A stretch of 64,000 bases of DNA from an uncultured bacterium (GTDB lineage Bacteria > Patescibacteriota > Minisyncoccia > UBA6257 > 2-01-FULL-56-20). The position numbers and the translations under genes are program-made. The stretch is taken from the NCBI GenBank assembly GCA_963844965.1, contig CAWJQC010000004.1:41609-105608 (forward strand), read 5' to 3'. The notes under the pieces are model-generated. The model did no database searches. It saw nothing but the letters and a program-made list of their open reading frames with translations, and had not been told where the DNA came from. This document shows, in pieces, positions 8,028 through 17,277 of the stretch. Position 1 is the stretch's first letter. Each line of letters begins with the position of its first letter.

Positions 8028-9906
8028 TTAAACGGTCCCTCGGGGTGACGCGCGGAACGCAGCCTCAACATCCAGGTCCTCCCAGCCGGCTTTCTTCAAT
8101 TCGCCGCGAATCACGTCGTCCACAAACGCGGCGGCGCGGGCGGCCCTGATATATTCCACGAGCTCCGGATTCTGGGAACCGGCTTGGGTTGATTTCACTT
8201 CCGCGGCCGGAGAAGCGGCGGTTGCGGCGTCCGCGCTAACTTGCCGCGCGGCTTCAGGGTTCGCCGCTGAAGCCGCTGAATTGTTTTTCTCCGCTTCTTC
8301 CCGCGTCGCCTCATGTTTTATAAGTTCTTTCTCTTCCGTCTCCAGCTTCACTATTTCCTCCTCCTCTTTTTTCATCCGCTTGCGAAGCATGACTACGACA
8401 AACGCCGCTATTATCAGAACCAACACTCCGCCGCCCGCGATAAGCCACGCGGTGAGTCCGACTCCGCTCAGCCGCTCCTTTATGACATCCCATGGCGTAT
8501 CAAGCGACCCGCCCGCGGCGATAAGCGCCGCGCACTGCTCTATATACGGGTCAGCGTATTTGTTTACGGAGAATTTCGCGTCGGAATTCTCGGCTATCTT
8601 GAATTGCTCCGTCGCTTTCTTGCACTGCTTGGCGTGCAGAAGCGCGAGACCCTGTTCCATTGAATCGGTGAAGCCGCTTGTATCGTTTTTCAGCGACTGT
8701 GCGTCAAGCGCGGCTTTCGCCAGTTCAACCGGAACGGCGGATGCGAAATTATCCCCTAAAATGTCGCTGAGCCCCGATTCAAATGTCACCAAACCAATGA
8801 CCTCTCCGTCAGCTCCGAAGAGCGGCCCTCCGCTTGAACCTTCGGAGATCTTCGCGTCCGATTGCAATATTTTGAAATCCTTATTTTGGGAATCTTTGAT
8901 GGCGGTTATCACTCCCTGTGTGAACGTCGGCTCAAGATAATCTTGCGACCCGATACTGGGCCGTACCCGGAAAGCCAAACACGTAAATTTTCTGGCCGAC
9001 AGCGGCCAACGCCGAAGCGCCGAGCTTCATGGCCGCGAGGTTACTTTCGCCAATCTTAAGAATAGCGACGTCCTTGTCGTCAAGGTTGTAGTTATCATTC
9101 ACGCTCAAAACCGTTGCCGGAAACGAATCTTTGATAAGTTCGGTGAGTTTTTGTTTCGTTGATGTCGGATTCAGCACGACGACCTCCCGCAAGATGTCAA
9201 AGCGGCTGTTGGCTTCCAGGGCGGATAAAATTTTCTTTCCATATTCTTCTCCCATGCTTTCCGCATCCAGCGAGTCAATCCCTTTATCTTTATAATACTT
9301 TTCCAAGTCCTGTATTTCATTCGGTTTCAAGGAGAACATTTCTTTGAATATCACCGACGTCATAGCCGCGCCGAGTATCGCCTGCCGCATGGTCTCTTCC
9401 GAAACAACATGGGAGTTTGTGAGGACCAGGCCGGATGGATTCACGACGAAACCGCTGCCCGCGAGATACTGCTCCGTGGAAGTGCCGTTAACGGCGCCTG
9501 ATTTCGGAAACGACACGGCAAACGTTCGGAGGTCAATGCTAAAATCGGGCACCGTTGAGGTTACCAGGAAATGCGTGAGCACCCGAACAATGGACGGCTT
9601 CGTTATGTCCGCCAATTCCTCTTCGCTCATCGCGAGCGGCTGCGGCGTGGGCATGCTCCAAAGATCGGAGAGCGACGCCGTCCCCGATCTCCCACCGCCG
9701 GGCAAACTGCGGAGAGCAACGGCGCCCAAAAACGCCGTGCTCACAAAAAGCGCGACCAAAAACAAAAAGAGCGGTAGCCATATCCGTCCACCTTCCCTAC
9801 CGTTGCCGATAAATGGCATGTATAAATTATAACAAACCCGGAATGAGCCTGGCACTTCACGACAACTTAAACGTGGGTCTGAATTAACTCGTTCAAATCC
9901 AGCCAA
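8028..9906 (-). CDS. trypsin-like (S1C/HtrA-like) serine protease with a C-terminal TM segment, split by one frameshift near 8950-8965
   Basis: The upstream ORF carries the His and Asp regions (GSGFVVNPSGLVLTNSHVV, DVAILKI). The downstream ORF carries the Ser motif (SEGSSGGPLF). The frames join at ...IYVFGFPG / SIGSQDYLEPTFTQGVI. Confidence 0.7.
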
Positions 9907-9949
9907 AACTTAACCCGTTGCCCTAAACACTTCGTGTCGGGCAGCTAAA

Positions 9950-9984
9950 ACAAAAAAGCAGGCGATTCACCTGCTTTTTTGTTT
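9950..9984. terminator. bidirectional intrinsic terminator
   Basis: aaaaaaGCAGGcgattcaCCTGCtttttt, immediately downstream of tRNA-Thr(GGT) on the minus strand. Confidence 0.6.
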
Positions 9985-9991
9985 TAGGCTG

Positions 9992-10064
9992 AGCCGATGG
10001 CCGGATTTGAACCGGCGACCTACTCCTTACCATGGAGTTGCTCTACCAGCTGAGCTACATCGGC
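9992..10064 (-). tRNA. tRNA-Thr (anticodon GGT)
   Basis: The minus strand reads GCCGATGTAGCTCAGCTGGTAGAGCAACTCCATGGTAAGGAGTAGGTCGCCGGTTCAAATCCGGCCATCGGCT, with anticodon loop ATGGTAA. Confidence 0.9.
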
Positions 10065-10200
10065 GAACTTAGTCCCGACGCGCTTCGGGCATCGGTTTAA
10101 GTTTACTATTACGAAAACGCACAGTCAAAACACCGTGTTTTTATCCCGTCACACGGTCCTCATTTCTGGCGTGCCGGTGATTCTTCAAAAATAGCCCGGA

Positions 10201-10452
10201 CTAGGCGGCACCGGCCGTGTCGGATTTGTCCTTGCTTATGCCGAGCTTGTTCATTAAACCCTTTCTCGTTTTCTCCAGCTCGGGCAACAGCACTCGGTCC
10301 TCTACCGTAGAATTACCGGCTCCCATCCACATGTTCAATTCTGCAATCCGCTTCTCAAGATTCTTAAGCTCGGCTATATCGGCCTCGCGCCTTGCCATTT
10401 TTGCCTCATCCTCTAACCTTTTTTCTTTTCGTTCAAACCATCCCATAAACAA
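10201..10452 (-). CDS. hypothetical small coiled-coil protein
   Basis: An 83 aa ORF between tRNA genes with charged repeats (EDEAKMARREADIAELKNLEKRIAEL). No family recognised. Confidence 0.4.
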   Translation of the reverse strand: MFMGWFERKEKRLEDEAKMARREADIAELKNLEKRIAELNMWMGAGNSTVEDRVLLPELEKTRKGLMNKLGISKDKSDTAGAA

Positions 10453-10540
10453 ATGTTAGCAAGCAAACGCCACAATATCAATATTTATGCCTACGCGTCT
10501 TATTTAAACCGAACTGTTTTACCCCACACTTTCCGCCGAA

Positions 10541-10600
10541 TGAGCCGAGGAGAGGAGTCGAACCTCCAACCTACGGTTTATCCCGATTTTGCAAAATTTG
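10541..10600 (-). pseudogene. tRNA-like 3' fragment (variable region, T-arm, acceptor 3' strand) lacking an anticodon arm
   Basis: The minus strand reads ...GTAGGTTGGAGGTTCGACTCCTCTCCTCGGCTCA: T-stem GGAGG/CCTCT, T-loop TTCGACT, acceptor 3' strand CCTCGGC. No D or anticodon arm can be drawn from the adjacent sequence. Confidence 0.55.
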
Positions 10601-10605
10601 CCTTG

Positions 10606-10677
10606 AGCCGGCGGTCGGATTTGAACCGACGACCTGCTGTTTACAAAACAGCTGCTCTGCCGCTGAGCTACGCCGGC
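10606..10677 (-). tRNA. tRNA-Thr (anticodon TGT)
   Basis: The minus strand reads GCCGGCGTAGCTCAGCGGCAGAGCAGCTGTTTTGTAAACAGCAGGTCGTCGGTTCAAATCCGACCGCCGGCT, with anticodon loop TTTGTAA. It is flanked on both sides by the palindrome ATTTTGCAAAA. Confidence 0.9.
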
Positions 10678-10792
10678 AATTTTTTTGCAAAATCGCGGAC
10701 TCGCGATATTGTAAGCAAATCGTAGATTTGCACAATATCGGAGCAAAACCGTTGCTCCCTGCCCCGCACCGAGCTTTGCTCTGGTGCGCGGG

Positions 10793-10812
10793 TGCCATTG
10801 AACTACCTCGAC
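10793..10812 (-). other. tRNA-like 5' fragment (acceptor 5' strand plus D-loop motif)
   Basis: The minus strand reads GTCGAGGTAGTTCAATGGCA. GTCGAGG pairs 7 of 7 (one U-G) with the CCTCGGC of the 3' fragment at 10544..10550. TAGTTCAATGG is a standard D-arm/loop motif, but the D-stem 3' strand is missing. Confidence 0.45.
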
Positions 10813-10871
10813 AAATATGCCTGAACCCAAAAATTATTCTAACAGAAAATTGAAAAATCGGCAATTTTCAT

Positions 10872-10901
10872 CAAAAAAGCCCCGCGCTCGAAGCACGGGG
10901 C
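10872..10901 (-). terminator. intrinsic terminator after the 10913..11152 ORF
   Basis: The minus strand reads GCCCCGTGCTTCGAGCGCGGGGCTTTTTT. Confidence 0.65.
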
Positions 10902-10912
10902 TACTCAAAATA

Positions 10913-11152
10913 TCATTGCGCCAATACCTTGTTAGGTTGAGCAACTTGCCGTCTCCCGGTGTATCCCCTGATCTCACTCAGCCCGGCATAAATGACGTGA
11001 CCAACCATCAATTCCGGACGATCTTCGTCCATACCCCCTACAAACTCACAGGGAAAACCGGCTCCCATAACAAGCTGGCAAGCATCCCTTGATTCGTTTG
11101 ACACTCCAAAGATCAGAAGGGCTTCATCTCTGATGGGGATTTCTGTTGCCAT
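10913..11152 (-). CDS. hypothetical protein
   Basis: An ORF with its own terminator; the likely start is MATEIPIRDEALLIF. No family recognised. Confidence 0.35.
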   Translation of the reverse strand: MATEIPIRDEALLIFGVSNESRDACQLVMGAGFPCEFVGGMDEDRPELMVGHVIYAGLSEIRGYTGRRQVAQPNKVLAQ

Positions 11153-11311
11153 TACAAGTCTCCTTTCGTAATTCATAATAAACTACTTTCATAATAAGTC
11201 GCGGCGCAAATTTTGTCAAATTTTCACGCATATGTGCATAAATCCTCTTTCGCGGACGCGAGAATTTCTCTATGATTAAGGAAACAACAACCGAGACCGT
11301 CAAAATTTTTT

Positions 11312-14300
11312 ATGTCCAAGTTCACGCATCTCCATATCCACTCCCACTATTCTCTGCTTGACGGCCTCACAAAAATTGACGACCTTGTCGCGCGGGTAAA
11401 GGAACTCGGAATGGATTCGGTAGCGCTCACCGACCACGGCGTTCTCTACGGCGCCGTTGAATTTTACAAAAAGGCGCGGGCCGCCGGCATAAAACCGATC
11501 CTCGGCCTCGAAACCTACGTCGCGCCGAGGGACAGGTTCAGTAAAGAAACGAGTGAGCGGTATTATCACCTCATACTCCTCGCGGAAAGCAACACCGGCT
11601 GGAAAAATCTCATAAAACTTTCCACCAAAGCGCACCTGGAAGGGTTTTATTACAAACCCCGCGTTGACAAAGACCTTCTGCGGGAATGCCACGAGGGACT
11701 CATCGCGCTCTCGGCATGCCTAGGCAGCGAGATCGGCCAGGCGCTCCTTGAAGGCAACACGGAAAAAGCTGAGCGCATCGCTCGGGAGTATGAAGAAATA
11801 TTCGGCAAAGGAAATTATTTTCTGGAGATCCAAAAACATCCGCGCATTGCCGATTCAGAAAAGATAGAGACGGGACTCATAGACCTGTCGCGCGCTACCG
11901 GCATCCCTCTCGTCGCCACGCAGGACAGCCACTACCTCCGCTCAGAGGATGCGGAATACCACGACGTGCTTCTCGCTGTGCAGACCGGCAATCAACTCGC
12001 CGACCAGGACCGCCTGACGATGAAAGACGATGACTTCTCCCTCCTTTCTCCGGAAGCAATGGCGGAAAAATTCGTGCGCGTTCCCGAAGCCATCGCCCAG
12101 ACTTCCGTTATCGCCGAGCGCTGCAATGTTGAACTGCAACTCGGAAAAGTTATCCTGCCGAATTTTCCCAAGCCGGAGGATAAAACCGCGAACGAATACC
12201 TGAGCGACTTGATAAACGAAAAGATCGGTAATCGCTTCACAAAAGAAAAACAAACTCCTGAACTTTTGAAGCGATTGGAATACGAGCTCACTACGATCGA
12301 GAAGACCGGATTCGCCGATTACTTTTTGATAGTCGCGGACATGATCAACTGGGCCAAAACCCACGGCATAGCCGTAGGCCCTGGCCGCGGTTCCGCCGCC
12401 GGAAGCCTGGCTTCGTATATCCTCGGCATAACGGACATCAATCCGCTTGAATACAACCTCCTTTTTGAGAGATTCCTGAACCCCGACAGGGTTCAAATGC
12501 CGGACGTTGACATGGATTTCGCCGACACGCGGCGCGATGAGGTCCTGGCATATCTGCGCGAAAAGTACGGCACCGACCATGTGGCGCAGATAATAACTTT
12601 CGGAACGATGATGGCGAGAGCGGCGTTGCGGGACGCGGGCCGCGCGATGGGATTTAGCTATAATTTCTGCGACCAAATCGCCAAGCTGATCCCGTTCAAT
12701 CCGACACAAGGAATGAAAGAAGGATGGCTGGACAGGTGTCTCGCCATGGTGCCGGAACTTAAATCCACCTACGAAGGCAATGTGGACGCCAAGCGCCTCA
12801 TTGACACCGCACGGCATCTTGAAGGAGTGGCGCGCCACGCGTCGGTCCACGCCTGCGGTACGGTGATCTCCAAAGAGCCGCTCGTGAATTACCTGCCGTT
12901 GCAGCTCGCGCCACAGGACAAAAACAATGTCATCACACAATTTGAGATGCACAGCGTGGAAGACCTGGGACTCCTCAAAATGGATCTCTTGGGACTCAGG
13001 AACCTCACCGTAATAGAGGAAACCGTACGCCTCGTGAAAGACACGCGCGGCGAGGAGTTGAAAATTTCCGAACTGCCGCTCAACGACAAAAAAACATTTG
13101 AACTTCTGCGGGCGGCGAACACCACGGGCGTCTTCCAGTTCGAAAGTTCCGGCATGAAACGCTATATGAAGGAAATTGAACCGACAAGCATTGAAGACCT
13201 AATCGCCCTCGTCGCTCTTTTCCGCCCCGGCCCGATGGAACTTATTCCGTCCTTTATCAATCGCAAGCATGGGCGGGAAAAAATCACATATCTTCATCCC
13301 CTGCTTGAACCAATCCTAAAAAACACCTACGGCATCGGCGTTTATCAGGAACAAATGATGCAAATCGCCCGCGACCTCGGCGGCTACACGCTCGCGGAAG
13401 CCGACACCCTGCGGAAAGCGATCGGCAAGAAAATAAAAAAACTTCTGGACGAACAGAAAGAAAAACTCATAAGCGGCATGCGCAAAAAAGGCATACCGCA
13501 AAAGACGGCGCAAGCTATCTGGGAACTCTTCCCACCTTTTGCGCGCTACGGTTTCAACAAATCGCACGCCGCCTGCTACGCCCTGATCGGCTACCGGACT
13601 GCATATCTCAAAGCGCACTATCCGGAGGAATTCATGGCGGGACTCCTCAATTCCGAGCTGAGCGATATTGACCGCATCTCGGTTCTCATAGAAGAAGCGA
13701 AGCAGTCCAACATCGGGATACTGCCGCCGGACATTAATAAAAGTTTCGTAAATTTCACACCAGAGGGAGAAAAAATCAGGTTCGGTCTGGTAGCTGTGAA
13801 AAATGTCGGCGAAGAGATAGCGAAGAACATCATAGAAGAACGGATCCGCGGCGGCCCGTTCAAGAATTTTGAGGATTTCCTCTCGCGGGTTCAGCACAAA
13901 GACCTGAACAAAAAATCCCTGGAGTCGCTCATAAAAGGCGGCGCGTTTGACTCGCTTGGCGTGGAGCGCAATCAGGCCCTCCAAGGAATGGAGGATGTGC
14001 TCAGGTTCGCGAACGTTTTCCGCAAAGGCGCAGCATCCATGAATGGCAGAAGTACTTCCCTCTTCGGTGTGAGCACGCCCAAAGCTTCGTTAAAATTGAA
14101 AATTGTTCCGCCGGCGACAAACGAGGAAAAGCTTGCCTGGGAAAAGGAACTCCTCGGATTCTACCTGTCCGAGCATCCTCTGAAGGCCTACGAGAAAAAA
14201 ATAAACGGCTACAACGCGAAGCCGATATCCGAAGTGCGGAAGATAACGAACGGCCAGCTTACGGTGCGGACCGCGGGCCTTGTCTCACAAATCAAAAAAA

Positions 14301-14509
14301 TTCTCACGAAGAACGGCCAGCCGATGCTCTTCGCGAAAATTGAGGACCTCTCCTCGCAGCCTATTGAGGTTGTCGTATTCAACAGCACTTTAGAAAAAAC
14401 GGCGAAGGCCTGGGTTCTAAACAACGTCGTCCTGCTTGAAGGCCGCGTCAACTGGCGCGACAACGAACCCAAAATCATCTGCGAGCGAGCGGCGAAGCTG
14501 GAAGCGTAA
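11312..14509 (+). CDS. dnaE: DNA polymerase III alpha subunit
   Basis: 1065 aa. It has a PHP domain (HLHIHSHYSLLDG), a polymerase core (GPGRGSAAGSLASYILGITDINP, MPDVDMDF) and a C-terminal OB region. The reading frame is intact. Confidence 0.95.
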   Translation: MSKFTHLHIHSHYSLLDGLTKIDDLVARVKELGMDSVALTDHGVLYGAVEFYKKARAAGIKPILGLETYVAPRDRFSKETSERYYHLILLAESNTGWKNLIKLSTKAHLEGFYYKPRVDKDLLRECHEGLIALSACLGSEIGQALLEGNTEKAERIAREYEEIFGKGNYFLEIQKHPRIADSEKIETGLIDLSRATGIPLVATQDSHYLRSEDAEYHDVLLAVQTGNQLADQDRLTMKDDDFSLLSPEAMAEKFVRVPEAIAQTSVIAERCNVELQLGKVILPNFPKPEDKTANEYLSDLINEKIGNRFTKEKQTPELLKRLEYELTTIEKTGFADYFLIVADMINWAKTHGIAVGPGRGSAAGSLASYILGITDINPLEYNLLFERFLNPDRVQMPDVDMDFADTRRDEVLAYLREKYGTDHVAQIITFGTMMARAALRDAGRAMGFSYNFCDQIAKLIPFNPTQGMKEGWLDRCLAMVPELKSTYEGNVDAKRLIDTARHLEGVARHASVHACGTVISKEPLVNYLPLQLAPQDKNNVITQFEMHSVEDLGLLKMDLLGLRNLTVIEETVRLVKDTRGEELKISELPLNDKKTFELLRAANTTGVFQFESSGMKRYMKEIEPTSIEDLIALVALFRPGPMELIPSFINRKHGREKITYLHPLLEPILKNTYGIGVYQEQMMQIARDLGGYTLAEADTLRKAIGKKIKKLLDEQKEKLISGMRKKGIPQKTAQAIWELFPPFARYGFNKSHAACYALIGYRTAYLKAHYPEEFMAGLLNSELSDIDRISVLIEEAKQSNIGILPPDINKSFVNFTPEGEKIRFGLVAVKNVGEEIAKNIIEERIRGGPFKNFEDFLSRVQHKDLNKKSLESLIKGGAFDSLGVERNQALQGMEDVLRFANVFRKGAASMNGRSTSLFGVSTPKASLKLKIVPPATNEEKLAWEKELLGFYLSEHPLKAYEKKINGYNAKPISEVRKITNGQLTVRTAGLVSQIKKILTKNGQPMLFAKIEDLSSQPIEVVVFNSTLEKTAKAWVLNNVVLLEGRVNWRDNEPKIICERAAKLEA

Positions 14510-14512
14510 TTT

Positions 14513-14608
14513 TAGAAAATAGTAAGTAGAAATTAGAAAATAGAATTTTGTCGGGATTTTCGGCGAAGTTCCGATTTCTATTTTCTATTTACTATTTTCT
14601 ACTTTCTA
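14513..14608. repeat. AT-rich low-complexity inverted repeat / bidirectional terminator hairpin (TAGAAA-word family)
   Basis: TAGAAAATAGTAAGTAGAAATTAGAAAATAGAA ... TTCTATTTTCTATTTACTATTTTCTA lies between convergent dnaE and the cytidylyltransferase gene. Related word repeats occur in many intergenic gaps. Confidence 0.6.
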
Positions 14609-15006
14609 TCTACGATATTGCTTTTATATCTATGCGGCTCGTGCGCCCTCAAAACAACCATCTTCGGCCGCCAACGAAATTCCTTGCGGTGATTTTTCAG
14701 GTCCTCTTTGAGCGCCACCTGGTCGTAACCCAAAGCGATAACGTCGGGCTTGTGCTTTTTCACGACCTCGTAAACGCCGAGTTCAGCGTCGCCGAGCGCG
14801 ACCTCGTCAACAAGAGGTTCTTTTCGCAGGTCGTCAATTCTCCGCGCGAGATTTCTCTGCGGCAGACGGCCCTTCAAGTACTCAGCCGTATGGTCCTGCG
14901 CGACTGCGACGAGCAAATAATGGCCGTATTCCCTGGCTTGTTTAAAAAATTGACGGTGACCTTCATGGATGCCGTCAAAAACGCCGAAGACCAGAACTTT
15001 TTTCAT
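14599..15006 (-). CDS. cytidylyltransferase-like (HxGH) nucleotidyltransferase
   Basis: MKKVLVFGVFDGIHEGHRQFFKQAR carries the GxFDxxHxGH nucleotidyltransferase motif, as in the RibL/TagD-like family. 135 aa. Confidence 0.6.
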   Translation of the reverse strand: MKKVLVFGVFDGIHEGHRQFFKQAREYGHYLLVAVAQDHTAEYLKGRLPQRNLARRIDDLRKEPLVDEVALGDAELGVYEVVKKHKPDVIALGYDQVALKEDLKNHRKEFRWRPKMVVLRAHEPHRYKSNIVDRK

Positions 15007-15068
15007 GTATCACGCAACATGAAACATGTAGCAGTTAAAACGGTGCTACATGTTTCGTGTTATATGTT

Positions 15069-16517
15069 TCATTTTTTCGGACGCATCAGCGGGAAAATCA
15101 CGGTCTCGCGCACGGGCTTGTCCATCAAAATCGCGAATAGGCGCTCTGACATGCCGAAACCGGCGGCGGGCGGCATACCGTACTCCATAGCTTCCAAGTA
15201 ATCCTCGTCCAGCCGCTGGGCTTCATTGTCCCCTTCCGCACGCAACTTCATCTGCTCCTCAAACCGCGCGCGCTGGTCAAGGGGGTCATTCAGTTCCGAA
15301 AAACCATTTCCCACTTCCGTGCCACAGGCCACTACCTGAAACCGTTCCGCGACTTTCGGATTTTTCCGACTGCGTTTGGCCAAGGGTACTAATTCAACCG
15401 GTGGGTCAACCAAAAAGCACGGCTCAATCAGTTTGGGTCGGATGGCTTTCTTATATATCAGATCAATAAGGCGTCCTCTGCCGAGATTTTCCTCCGGCTG
15501 CAGGCCGAAAGAACGTGCCGTGATAAAAAGCTCTTTGCGCGTGGCAACCGTCGGGTCAAGCCCGGCAGCTTTCTTAAATTCCTCCACGTAATTCACTTTC
15601 GGCCACCTCTTCCCCCAGTTTATTTTTTTGCCGCCGAAGGTCACGGTAAAACCGCCGCAGGTTTTTTTGACAACGGCTTTGTACATTTTTTCCACGGACG
15701 CCATCATGTCGTTGTAATCGGCGTAAGCCCAGTAGTATTCCATGTGCGTGTAGTCCTGCAGATGTTCCTTGTCTATGCCTTCGTTGCGGAACACGCGGCC
15801 AATCTCAAAGACCCTTTCAAAACCGGCGACGAGAAGTTTTTTCAAAGACAGTTCCATGGATATGCGCAGGTAGAAGTCAACATCCAGCGCATTGTGATGC
15901 GTTTTGAACGGCTCGGCGTCCGCGCCTCCGGGAACGCTCTCCAGAACGGGCGTTTCCACTTCCAAAAATCCTTCGCCCTTAAGATAATTGCGGATAGTTT
16001 CCCAAAAAACGGCTTTCTTCTCAAAAAGCACCTTTGCTTCCGGATTCATAAGCAAATCCAGGTATCGTTTCCGCAGGCGCGTTTCAATGTCTTCCAGCCC
16101 GTACCACTCGCTCGGCAACGGACGCAGGGATTTCGCCAGTATTTTAAGCTCTTTAACTTCCAGACTTTCCTCTCCTTTTTTCGTCTTGAACAACGAGCCA
16201 CCCGCGTAAATAAAATCGCCGATGTCCAAAACGGATTTCCAAAATTCAAAATCCGGCAAATTGTCTTTCTTCAAAACCAGCTGCAGCTTGCCCGTGGCGT
16301 CTGCCAGATCAAGAAACACGATATTCCCCTGGTCGCGCGAGCCCAAAATGCGCCCGACCAAAGAAATCTTCTTCCGGGATTTCGCCAGCGCGTTGAATCT
16401 TTTCCGCGCCTCGGCAATCGCAAGCGTCCGCTTCGCCTCCGGCGGATACGGGTCGAGCTTCACTTTCTTTATTTCTTCCAGCTTCTTCAACCGCTCTTTG
16501 ATAAGATCGTCAAGCAT
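15069..16517 (-). CDS. lysS: lysyl-tRNA synthetase, class II
   Basis: 482 aa. It has an OB N-domain and class II motifs (FLEVETPVLE, RISMELSLKKLLVAGFERVFEIGRVFRNEG, GMPPAAGFGMSERL). Confidence 0.95.
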   Translation of the reverse strand: MLDDLIKERLKKLEEIKKVKLDPYPPEAKRTLAIAEARKRFNALAKSRKKISLVGRILGSRDQGNIVFLDLADATGKLQLVLKKDNLPDFEFWKSVLDIGDFIYAGGSLFKTKKGEESLEVKELKILAKSLRPLPSEWYGLEDIETRLRKRYLDLLMNPEAKVLFEKKAVFWETIRNYLKGEGFLEVETPVLESVPGGADAEPFKTHHNALDVDFYLRISMELSLKKLLVAGFERVFEIGRVFRNEGIDKEHLQDYTHMEYYWAYADYNDMMASVEKMYKAVVKKTCGGFTVTFGGKKINWGKRWPKVNYVEEFKKAAGLDPTVATRKELFITARSFGLQPEENLGRGRLIDLIYKKAIRPKLIEPCFLVDPPVELVPLAKRSRKNPKVAERFQVVACGTEVGNGFSELNDPLDQRARFEEQMKLRAEGDNEAQRLDEDYLEAMEYGMPPAAGFGMSERLFAILMDKPVRETVIFPLMRPKK

Positions 16518-16617
16518 TAGATTAATTATGCCCCATTATCAATCAAAATTCAAAATCGGGATAACATAAAAAGCTGTTTTTGCCGACAGGCTAAAACACC
16601 TTATATCCAAAAGAATT

Positions 16618-16748
16618 GAGTGGCGTTTCTTGGGAAACCCGCAGCCGATTTAGCTAGGTCTTTGCCGAAAGGCAAAGTAAATCGGCGAGGACAAGTCGAA
16701 TTTGCCGCCGGAGCAAATTCGACGGGTTCCCAAGAAATCTCGCCGCTC
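16618..16748 (-). other. 131-nt three-helix structured element (ncRNA, leader or palindromic element) between greA and lysS
   Basis: The outer stem is GAGTGGCG-TTTCTTGGGAAACCCG / CGGGTTCCCAAGAAAtctCGCCGCTC. It encloses two near-perfect hairpins: CCGATTTA..CTTTGCCgaaaGGCAAAG..TAAATCGG and GTCGAATTTGCcgccggaGCAAATTCGAC. Confidence 0.5.
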
Positions 16749-16755
16749 GATTCCC

Positions 16756-17215
16756 TCACTCTATCTTAGTAATCTGGTATACAATCTGTCCCGCCGGCGC
16801 GTTAACGGTCACGCTGTCGCCGACTTTCCTGCCGATGAACGCTCTGCCGAGCGGCGATTCGTCGGAAATCTTTCCTTCCTCCGGCTTCGCTTCATAAGAA
16901 CCGACTATCGTGTAACGCGCAATCTGATTCTCCTTTCTTGGCGAAAACCGTGGAGCAGACGCCAACTTTCTCCGCTCCTTCTGTCTTCTTTATAATCACC
17001 GCTTTTTTCAGAAGTTCCTCCAGATCAAAAATCCGCGTCTCAACGAGCGCCTGCTCTTCCCTCGCCTCCGCGTACTCGGAATTTTCCGAAAGGTCGCCGT
17101 ATTCCTTCGCGTGACGCAAACGCTCCGCGATTTCCGCGCGTTTCGTATTTTTCAGAACGTCAAGTTCCTGCTTCAATTCCTCAAGACGTTCTTTTGTTAA
17201 GTAATATCTGTCCAC
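16756..17215 (-). CDS. greA: transcription elongation factor GreA, split by one frameshift near 16930-16940
   Basis: The N-terminal coiled coil (EYGDLSENSEYAEAREEQ) is in one ORF. The C-terminal domain (ARYTIVGSYEAKPEEGKISDESPLGRAFIGRKVGD) is in the next frame. Removing one A from gccaagAAAgg restores ...FAKKENQIARYTIVG. Confidence 0.85.
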
Positions 17216-17277
17216 GATAGAAAATTAAAAAATTTAAAAATCAAAATGCAAAATTTGGGTGTCCTACGGACCAGATT

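Noticed and set aside
10541-10812. The tRNA-like halves considered as the ends of a tmRNA (ssrA).
   Set aside because: The acceptor has U2-G71 and C3-G70 rather than the G3-U70 alanine identity pair. I could find no resume codon or tag ORF ending in a typical ..ALAA-type tag. A complete tRNA-Thr sits in the middle, and the order is not that of a permuted tmRNA.
11942-13984. Long antisense ORFs inside dnaE (11942..12952, 13316..13984), and similar ones opposite lysS (15744..16520), fusA (41494..43544), recG (53564..54445), secY and the r-protein genes.
   Set aside because: They lie opposite genes with unambiguous conserved protein signatures. Their translations are low-complexity or Arg-rich shadow-frame products with no recognisable motifs.
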